Program-made: the position numbers and the translations under genes | Part shown: positions 7,892-14,842 of the stretch, in pieces | Position numbering within the stretch: position 1 is the stretch's first letter | Layout: the number at the start of each line of letters is the position of its first letter | The notes under the pieces: model-generated | Database searches by the model: none | Told to the model about the DNA's origin: nothing | The model's input: only the letters and a program-made list of their open reading frames with translations | Origin: Candidatus Aminicenantaceae bacterium | GTDB lineage: Bacteria > Acidobacteriota > Aminicenantia > Aminicenantales > Aminicenantaceae | DNA: 64,000 bases | Direction of reading: 5' to 3' | Assembly (NCBI GenBank): GCA_041862375.1 | Contig: JBGVTE010000091.1 | Span: 18,975-82,974 of the forward strand

Positions 7892-10102
7892 ATGCAACAA
7901 AGCAAATCTTCAAAAGATAAACTTTTCATAATCGCCAACAGACTCCCAGTAGGTGTAAGAAGAAAAAAAGACAAACTCTACATTCAACAGAGTCCGGGCG
8001 GATTGGCTACTGCGCTTCGTACTCTACAGGAAACAGAAAAACCTGTTTTCATAGGTTGGCCTGGCATCTTGCCTAATACAGAAAAAGAAAGAAAGTATAT
8101 TAAAAACATCCTTAAAGATAAACACCACAGCTATCCTGTCTTTCTTTCGCCTATTGAGCTTGAAAAATACTATCATGGTTTCGCCAACAAAACGATCTGG
8201 CCCCTCTTCCATTATTTTTCGAGTTACAGCGCGTATGAAGAATCAGAATGGGAGGCATACAAGAGAGTTAATCAAAAATTTTTTAAGAAAGTTTCCAAAT
8301 TGGCAGGACCTAGAGACATTTTCTGGATTCACGATTACCACCTCATGCTTCTTCCTTCTCTGCTTAGAAAAAATTTTCCGAATAGCTCAATCGGATTTTT
8401 CCTCCACATCCCTTTTCCTTCCTCTGAGATATTCCGGTTATTGCCATGGCGAAAAGAAATCCTTGAAGGACTGCTCGGTGCTGACCTGATTGGTTTTCAC
8501 ACTTACGAGTATGCACGTCATTTTTTAAGTTGCGTATTGCGGCTACTGGGATACGACCATGATCTGGGTTCGATTATTGTGAATAATCGAATAGTAAAAG
8601 TGGAGAATTTCCCTCTGGGGATCGATTTTCAGAACTTTGAAAACTTATTAGAGGAATCTTCTATGCAGAAGGAAATTATAAAGCTGAAGGAACTCACAGA
8701 TGCTCAAAACAGAAAGATCATCCTTTCCGTTGATCGTCTGGACTATACCAAGGGCATCCCTCAAAGATTAAAAGGAATCGAGTTTTTTTTAGAGAAGAAT
8801 CCAAAGTGGCATGGTCGATTTTCTTATATTGTGCTGAGTGTTCCTTCCCGGACTAAAGTTAGTTACTATGCAATGCTAAAGCAGGAAGTGGATAGAATGA
8901 TTGGGCAGATTAATGGCCGATTCGGAAGGCCAGGTTGGATTCCTATCCATTACATGTATCGTTCGCTTCCATTCAATAAACTCCTTCCTCTCTATGTTGT
9001 AGCCGATGTTGCTCTAATCACTCCCTTACGAGATGGAATGAATTTAGTGGCTAAAGAATATGTTGCTGCCAAGAAAGACAACAAAGGCGTTCTGGTTCTC
9101 AGCGAAACAGCTGGGGCTTCCTCCGAGTTGGGAGAGGCTCTGCTAGTAAATGTCAACAATAAAGAGGATATTGCCGAAGCTCTTCTACAAGCTCTCGAAA
9201 TGAGCGACGAAGAACAAGAATCGAGGATTAAACTTATGCGGAAACGCCTCTTTGAGTATGATATATACAAGTGGACAGAGAGTTTTCTCAAAGGCATTGA
9301 AGAGGTTAAAACAATACAGAACCAACATACTCAGCAGGTACTGAGCGAGGAATGGCAAGTAAAACTCGTATCCGACTTTAAAAAAAGCAAAAACCATCTT
9401 TTACTTCTTGATTATGATGGTACTCTTATCTCGTTTGCCCTGAAACCTGAGAAAGCAAAACCTGACACTGAACTTTTAAGCCTGCTTCTTGCCCTTGCAA
9501 AAAGTCCTCAAAATAAATTGGTAATTATCAGCGGTCGAGATACCATAACTTTGGAGCGCTGGCTCGGAAAGATCCCTTGTATCCTTGTTGCTGAACATGG
9601 TGCGTGGATCAAAAGCAGTCCTCACCATGAATGGGAAAAGCAAGGTTATTTTTCGACGGAATGGAAAGATGAGATAAAGCCTGTCCTCAAAACCTATGAA
9701 GTTCAAGTACCCGGTTCTTTCGTGGAAGAAAAAGAATATGGTGTAGCCTGGCACTATCGGAAAGCCAATCCAGAATTGGGTAAATTGAAATCGAATGAGT
9801 TATACGATCATCTAAATGAATTCTTGGCAAGCATAGACCTTCAAGTTATGCATGGCAACAAAGTAATCGAAGTCAGATGTGGAGGAATAAACAAGGGAGA
9901 GGCTGCCAAATACTTTCTGAGCGAAAAAGATTGGGGTCTTGTGCTGGCAATGGGCGATGATTGGACCGACGAAGATATGTTTAAAGTCTTACCTCTCTCC
10001 GCTTATTCTATCAATGTCGGCTACAGATCTAGTTCAGCTAGGTTCTATCTGGAATCTCCGGAGGCCTCTCGGAATCTCCTCCGCAAATTGGCGAAAATCT
10101 AA
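7892..10102 (+). CDS. otsAB: Bifunctional trehalose-6-phosphate synthase / trehalose-6-phosphate phosphatase (OtsA-OtsB fusion, TPSP)
   Basis: N-terminal GT20 OtsA signature (LFIIANRLPV...GGLATAL...WPG) spans ~470 aa. C-terminal HAD phosphatase has a DxD motif (LLLDYDGTL) and a GDD motif (AMGDDWTDEDMF). Confidence 0.85.
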   Translation: MQQSKSSKDKLFIIANRLPVGVRRKKDKLYIQQSPGGLATALRTLQETEKPVFIGWPGILPNTEKERKYIKNILKDKHHSYPVFLSPIELEKYYHGFANKTIWPLFHYFSSYSAYEESEWEAYKRVNQKFFKKVSKLAGPRDIFWIHDYHLMLLPSLLRKNFPNSSIGFFLHIPFPSSEIFRLLPWRKEILEGLLGADLIGFHTYEYARHFLSCVLRLLGYDHDLGSIIVNNRIVKVENFPLGIDFQNFENLLEESSMQKEIIKLKELTDAQNRKIILSVDRLDYTKGIPQRLKGIEFFLEKNPKWHGRFSYIVLSVPSRTKVSYYAMLKQEVDRMIGQINGRFGRPGWIPIHYMYRSLPFNKLLPLYVVADVALITPLRDGMNLVAKEYVAAKKDNKGVLVLSETAGASSELGEALLVNVNNKEDIAEALLQALEMSDEEQESRIKLMRKRLFEYDIYKWTESFLKGIEEVKTIQNQHTQQVLSEEWQVKLVSDFKKSKNHLLLLDYDGTLISFALKPEKAKPDTELLSLLLALAKSPQNKLVIISGRDTITLERWLGKIPCILVAEHGAWIKSSPHHEWEKQGYFSTEWKDEIKPVLKTYEVQVPGSFVEEKEYGVAWHYRKANPELGKLKSNELYDHLNEFLASIDLQVMHGNKVIEVRCGGINKGEAAKYFLSEKDWGLVLAMGDDWTDEDMFKVLPLSAYSINVGYRSSSARFYLESPEASRNLLRKLAKI

Positions 10103-10420
10103 AGGCGTAATCCACTGAGTCTTTAAGGAATAAGAAATTCTTTTTCGCGAGCGATGTCTGATTGTGAGTTCTTGCCTCGATTTTCCCATCCAACCATCGT
10201 TAGGAAGTATAAATCACGGCTCGAAGAGATGTTAAGGTTAATTGGGAGCCGGGGATGTGTCACTGAAGCCGTTCTGGGCGCCAAAAAAGGCCATAAATCA
10301 GCCAGAACTATCCTACCAGGCAAAGAGAGGATTACGAAAAATATTCACCGCTGACCTTGGCGGCCATCAAAAGCTCTTAATAAGCAATCCGCGGCGGCGA
10401 AGGTTTGTTTGTCACAAAGG

Positions 10421-10705
10421 TCAGTTTGAGGTGGTTGATGATTCTGTCCACACAGGTTCAATTTTGTTCTCATTTTTATCATAGGCCACAACTGCAAAAT
10501 CGTTCTCTACCTGTGAACTAAATTTTATATATGCTGGCCCCCTTCCTATGTATTCAACCAAAACTTCATCACTTTCTTGAGGCCAGCCTTCTATAATAAC
10601 ATTAAAACTTGGATGCTCCATTGTAATCTCGTGTTTTATATTGGAGGCAAGAAAATTTAATGCTTTTAAAACCTTTGATTGATTGGGGAAGAATTTATTT
10701 ATCAA
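10421..10705 (-). CDS. Hypothetical protein
   Basis: ORF only. Lies between the GC-rich patch and tRNA-Leu. Confidence 0.2.
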   Translation of the reverse strand: MINKFFPNQSKVLKALNFLASNIKHEITMEHPSFNVIIEGWPQESDEVLVEYIGRGPAYIKFSSQVENDFAVVAYDKNENKIEPVWTESSTTSN

Positions 10706-11083
10706 CCAAGCAAATCGAAAAGCTTTCTAAAAAAACTAACCTATGATTGCTAATATCAATCCAACTAAGAAAAGTGAAAAAAATAAATGGCCCATATTGA
10801 TTATTCTTGAAGTTTGCATAGCATAGAGAAAATTCGTTGTCAAAATATGCTATAATAATTTTGACTCTCTTTGGCCGGCTGGAGAGAGTTCTCACCAAAG
10901 ATGGTCTCCCATCAACCCCCTTTTGCTGACATCAGCCGGCTTTTTGTAATTATAATTCTAGGGACCAAATAGGGACTGTAACATGCCAAAACAGACCAAA
11001 TTTGTCTGTTTTCGTCTGTTTTGGCTTAGTTTGTTTTAGTTGTGGTAACTAGCTGATTACAGGGGCGTTAGGTACAAAATAAG

Positions 11084-11169
11084 TGCCGAGGGCCGGACTC
11101 GAACCGGCACGTTGGATAACCAACGAGGGATTTTAAGTCCCTTGCGTCTACCAATTCCGCCACCCCGGC
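11084..11169 (-). tRNA. tRNA-Leu (anticodon TAA), type II with long variable arm, no encoded CCA
   Basis: Folded by hand on the reverse complement, GCCGGGGTGGCGGAATTGGTAGACGCAAGGGACTTAAAATCCCTCGTTGGTTATCCAACGTGCCGGTTCGAGTCCGGCCCTCGGCA. Acceptor is GCCGGGG/CCTCGGC. Anticodon stem is AGGGA/TCCCT with loop CTTAAAA. T-arm is CCGG-TTCGAGT-CCGG. Confidence 0.85.
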
Positions 11170-11333
11170 AGTAATTCTTTGAGAGCAACTATATATTGTT
11201 TCCTTTATCCATCACAAAATATAGATGATTTCCCCTTTTTTTTCAATCCTCTTCTCTCGTCAACTTCAAAATAAAATATACATTTTCTCAGGGATTTATT
11301 TCAATCTTAAAAGCTTCCCTTTAGCTTGATTTT

Positions 11334-11362
11334 TTGACTGTCTTCTTTTATCGTGCTATAAG
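11334..11362 (+). promoter_or_regulatory. Sigma-70-like promoter TTGACT-17-TATAAG
   Basis: TTGACT at 11334-11339, a 17-nt spacer, then TATAAG at 11357-11362, upstream of the lipoprotein gene at 11427. Confidence 0.45.
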
Positions 11363-11426
11363 TTTTCTTAAGTTTGTGCTCTGAGATCTATTTTAAGATA
11401 GAAAACAAGAAAAAAGGCAGACTAGA

Positions 11427-12221
11427 TTGCAGAAGAAAAGGCGGATCAGGCAGCTTGGAAGGAAATTATGCTTTATCCAATTTCTTCTCTTATTGCTCCT
11501 TCTTATTGGAGGATGCAAAAGCCAGTTGCAAGTCACTTCCCTTCCTGAACCAAGGCCGATTAAGAAAGAACTTGATCGGATGGGCTACGCCATTCAGGTT
11601 GGTGCTTTTTCGAATGTTGATAACGCTATCCGACTAACAGAATCCTTAAATAAACAAGGATTAAACGCATATTATTTTCTACATGAATCCGGATTATACA
11701 AGGTACGCTTCGGCGATTTTTCCTTAAAAAAAGATGCACACCAACAAGCAAAAAACCTTGCTTCTTCAAAAATCATAAAAGAGTTCTACATAGTTAATCC
11801 CGAGAGTTATGCAGTAGCAAGGAAGGAATCATACGGAGAACAATATCTTAGAGAGGAACTCATAGCTACTGCCGAAAGTTTTATTGGCCTCCCCTATTCA
11901 TGGAGCAGTTCATCGCCGGCCGATGGATTTGATTGCAGTGGATTAGCTATGGCCGTCTACCAGCTGAATGGTTTGATTCTTCCCCGCACCTCAAAAGAGC
12001 AGTATGAAGCTGGAATTCCTGTCAGCTGGAATCAACTGAGGAGGGGCGACTTAGTATTCTTCACCACCTCTCAAGGGAAAGACGTTTCGCATGTTGGAAT
12101 TTATGCTGGAAATAACACATTTATACACGCACCAGGAAAGGACAAAAAAATTCGGACAGAATCCCTTACTTCCAGATATTTTAAAAACCGATACGTTGGA
12201 GCTAGGACTTATATAAAATAA
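11427..12221 (+). CDS. Lipoprotein with SPOR domain and C-terminal NlpC/P60 cell-wall peptidase domain
   Basis: Lipobox-like signal (LLLLLLLIGGCKS). SPOR-like repeat (GYAIQVGAFSNVDNAIRL...YKVRFGDF). NlpC/P60 catalytic Cys/His context (DCSGLAMAVYQLNG...DLVFF...SHVGIYAGNNTFIHAP). Confidence 0.75.
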   Translation: MQKKRRIRQLGRKLCFIQFLLLLLLLIGGCKSQLQVTSLPEPRPIKKELDRMGYAIQVGAFSNVDNAIRLTESLNKQGLNAYYFLHESGLYKVRFGDFSLKKDAHQQAKNLASSKIIKEFYIVNPESYAVARKESYGEQYLREELIATAESFIGLPYSWSSSSPADGFDCSGLAMAVYQLNGLILPRTSKEQYEAGIPVSWNQLRRGDLVFFTTSQGKDVSHVGIYAGNNTFIHAPGKDKKIRTESLTSRYFKNRYVGARTYIK

Positions 12222-12470
12222 AATACAAACTTCAATCTAGAATCTATTTATATTAAGCACACTAAAATTTTGCTTTATTTTACCTTTTTTTCTCCCATTA
12301 ATTTTCATGAGATTTTAAGTTTCTTTTCTACTTTATTAAGCAATGTATAATTTTATTTAAATCACTACTCTGCAAGTCCCATTTGTGTTCAAATTACATC
12401 CCCCTAGCCCTATGTTCACTGATCATTTCTAGGCGCACTTCTTTTTGATTTTATTTTTTTCTGATTTCTG

Positions 12471-12512
12471 AATTTATAAAAGTTATGAAAGTTATGAAAG
12501 CCTGACCCCAAT
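12471..12512. repeat. Solo arm of the GGGGTCAGGCTTT-terminated MITE-like repeat, with internal TTATGAAAG duplication
   Basis: The sequence aatttataaaagttatgaaagttatgaaagcctgaccccaat matches the arms of the 42268-42389 palindrome. It ends 1 bp before the -35 at 12514. Confidence 0.5.
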
Positions 12513-12513
12513 G

Positions 12514-12541
12514 TTGACTTGGCGGTTAAGAGTGATACAAT
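12514..12541 (+). promoter_or_regulatory. Sigma-70-like promoter TTGACT-16-TACAAT
   Basis: TTGACT at 12514-12519, a 16-nt spacer, then TACAAT at 12536-12541. The arsA-like ATG is at 12557. Confidence 0.45.
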
Positions 12542-12556
12542 AATTTTAAAGGCCCG

Positions 12557-13717
12557 ATGCGTATCATACTATTTACTGGAAAAGGTGGAGTCGGCAAAAC
12601 AACTCTGGCTGCGGCGACAGCTCTTCTCTCTGCAAAAAAAGGATATAAAACCCTGATTATTTCCACAGATGCAGCTCACAGTTTATCTGACTCATTTGAA
12701 ATCCAGCTCTCCAATACTCCTAAAAAAATCTTCACAAACCTGTACGGCCAAGAGATTAGTGCTCTAGAAGAAATGGAAAAAAAATGGGGGAAAATCCAAA
12801 ACTACCTTACTGAACTTTTTGCCTCTCAAGGAATAAGCTCAATAGAGGCTGAAGAGATGAGTGTTTTCCCCGGTATGGAAGAACTCTTTAGTCTTATGGA
12901 AATTCGCAATTTCAACAGTACTTCAGAATTCGATGTCATCATTGTTGACTGTGCTCCAACCGGTGATACGTTAAGGCTCTTGAGCGCTCCTGAAATAACC
13001 AATTGGTATCTCAAGCACATATTTCCTATCCAAAGGACAGCTGCGAAGGCAGTAAGACCTGTTGCAAGCCGATTGCTCCCGTTTCCTTTCCCTGAAGATC
13101 AGATATTCGAGGAGATGAAAAAATTGTCCACTCAACTGGCAGAAATGAAGGAAATTCTTGAAGATAAAAAGAAATCTTCGATTCGTCTTGTTGTAAATCC
13201 CGAAAAAATGGTCATTAAAGAAGCTCAAAGAGCATTTACCTTTTTTAACCTTTTTGGCTATGCAGTTGATCTAATCATCGTCAACCGCATTATTCCCCAT
13301 GGAGTTAAAGATAGTTATTTCAGCCAGTGGAAGACAATCCAGAAAAATTATCTGCTAATGATCCAAGAAATATTCTCGCCTCTCCCCATATTCTCTTCAA
13401 ATCTCTTTGACCGAGAGGTAATCGGCAGCAATCTACTCCAAAAAATGGCTGAAAATGTCTACGGAAACAAAGACCCGACTCAACTATTCTTCTCACAAAA
13501 ACCTATAACCATAGAAAAAGAAAACAGTGGATTTGTATTATCCTTGAATTTGCCTTTTGTTGAAAAAAAAGACCTGGATTTATATCAAAAGGGAGAAGAG
13601 TTGCTCATCAAAGTGGGAAATTTTAAAAGGAACATCCTTTTGCCGAGAACTCTTCTTCACTATTCTATAAAAGGAGCCAAATTTGAGAATATGAAACTTA
13701 GAATACATTTCAGCTAA
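12557..13717 (+). CDS. ArsA/GET3-family anion-transporting ATPase with C-terminal HSP20-like (ArsA_HSP20) domain
   Basis: P-loop GKGGVGKTT. ArsA-type DCAPTGDT switch motif. The last ~80 aa (ITIEKENSGFVLSLNLPF...KRNILLPR) look like an alpha-crystallin/HSP20-like beta-sandwich. Confidence 0.75.
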   Translation: MRIILFTGKGGVGKTTLAAATALLSAKKGYKTLIISTDAAHSLSDSFEIQLSNTPKKIFTNLYGQEISALEEMEKKWGKIQNYLTELFASQGISSIEAEEMSVFPGMEELFSLMEIRNFNSTSEFDVIIVDCAPTGDTLRLLSAPEITNWYLKHIFPIQRTAAKAVRPVASRLLPFPFPEDQIFEEMKKLSTQLAEMKEILEDKKKSSIRLVVNPEKMVIKEAQRAFTFFNLFGYAVDLIIVNRIIPHGVKDSYFSQWKTIQKNYLLMIQEIFSPLPIFSSNLFDREVIGSNLLQKMAENVYGNKDPTQLFFSQKPITIEKENSGFVLSLNLPFVEKKDLDLYQKGEELLIKVGNFKRNILLPRTLLHYSIKGAKFENMKLRIHFS

Positions 13718-13753
13718 TAAAAAGCATGTTTTAGAAAGAAAGGAGGGGAAAAA

Positions 13754-13963
13754 ATGGCAGCAGAAAAGACAAGAGAGATAAGAATATGCATTCCTGAGGA
13801 TCTCTTTACTCTCGTTATTCCAGAAAAATCACTAGACCACTTATTAAAGGCAAGAAAGGAAATCCTTCTTGCCTTTCGCTCTTTAATCGACGCAAAAATC
13901 GAATCTCTTGAAAAAAAAGAAGTAAAAAAAGCAGAAAAAAAGAAAAAGATTAAAATTGAGTAG
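13754..13963 (+). CDS. Small lysine-rich hypothetical protein
   Basis: Strong SD (AAGGAGG) 7 nt upstream of the ATG. 69 aa with a KKAEKKKKIKIE tail. No known motif. Confidence 0.4.
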   Translation: MAAEKTREIRICIPEDLFTLVIPEKSLDHLLKARKEILLAFRSLIDAKIESLEKKEVKKAEKKKKIKIE

Positions 13964-14042
13964 GTAAGAACGGCTAACTTAGTGATTAACAACAGAATAT
14001 AATCTCAGGTTGACTTGAATTTTTATAAATATTAGATTATGT

Positions 14043-14714
14043 TTGCTTTTTATAAAAAAGGTTAATCAAAAGAATCAGATGAAAATTCAAGGTCAGCACA
14101 CCTTCCGACTTTTTCCAAAAAAGCTTCTAACAGCACCTCTCCAAATGCTTAATCCCGTTGCAAAATTCTTGGTCCACATCAAAGTTAGTCCTAATTCAAT
14201 AAGCATTATTGCATTAATTGCAGGATTAGGCGCAGGTGTTCTCTTTTATTTTGAAAAACTTTTTCTGGCTGGAATCCTAATCATCGTTTGCGGTATTTTC
14301 GATATAATTGATGGGAAGGTTGCTGTTCAGGCGAACAAAAAGAGTCTGTATGGGGCCATTTTTGACTCATCTTTAGACAGGTACTCTGAGTTTTTTATTT
14401 ACCTAGGAATTGCCGTCTATTTCAGAAGTCACTGGGCGCTCTGGTTGACTTTCCTCGCAATTATCGGCTCAACGATGGTGAGCTACACAAGAGCAAGGGC
14501 AGAAGGTCTAGGAATTGAATGCAAAGTGGGTTTTATGCAGAGGGCTGAAAGGATGGCATTCCTTTCATCAGGCACCATCATTGGCTCGCTTTTTCAAATT
14601 TTCGATTATACAATGATAATTGTCCTGAGCTTTATTGCTTTAGTCTCAAACATAACAGCAATCCAAAGAATTCTTTATGTAAGAGAAGTAGAAAAGACGA
14701 CAAAATTAAGATAA
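14043..14714 (+). CDS. CDP-alcohol phosphatidyltransferase family protein (true start possibly 14145)
   Basis: Dx2DGx2Ax8Gx3Dx3D motif (DIIDGKVAVQANKKSLYGAIFDSSLD). Multiple TM helices. Confidence 0.7.
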   Translation: MLFIKKVNQKNQMKIQGQHTFRLFPKKLLTAPLQMLNPVAKFLVHIKVSPNSISIIALIAGLGAGVLFYFEKLFLAGILIIVCGIFDIIDGKVAVQANKKSLYGAIFDSSLDRYSEFFIYLGIAVYFRSHWALWLTFLAIIGSTMVSYTRARAEGLGIECKVGFMQRAERMAFLSSGTIIGSLFQIFDYTMIIVLSFIALVSNITAIQRILYVREVEKTTKLR

Positions 14715-14842
14715 TCTTCCCATCCCGTCTAGCTGTTTTGTTTCGTTTTTTCAGTTTATCTCATAAAAGAGAGCTAATAAAGTTTAGTTCTTATCCTGAA
14801 TACAAACCGAAAGAAGCAAAAATTCTTCAAGAGGGAAAAGAC

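Noticed and set aside
10230-10490. GC-rich patch as tmRNA, RNase P RNA or SRP RNA
   Set aside because: I looked for the tmRNA tRNA-like 3' end (GGTTCGA..TCC..CCA), RNase P P4 strands (AGGAAAGTCCGGGCTCC / ACAGAAACCCGGCTTA) and the SRP domain IV GGAAGCAGCC motif on both strands and found none.
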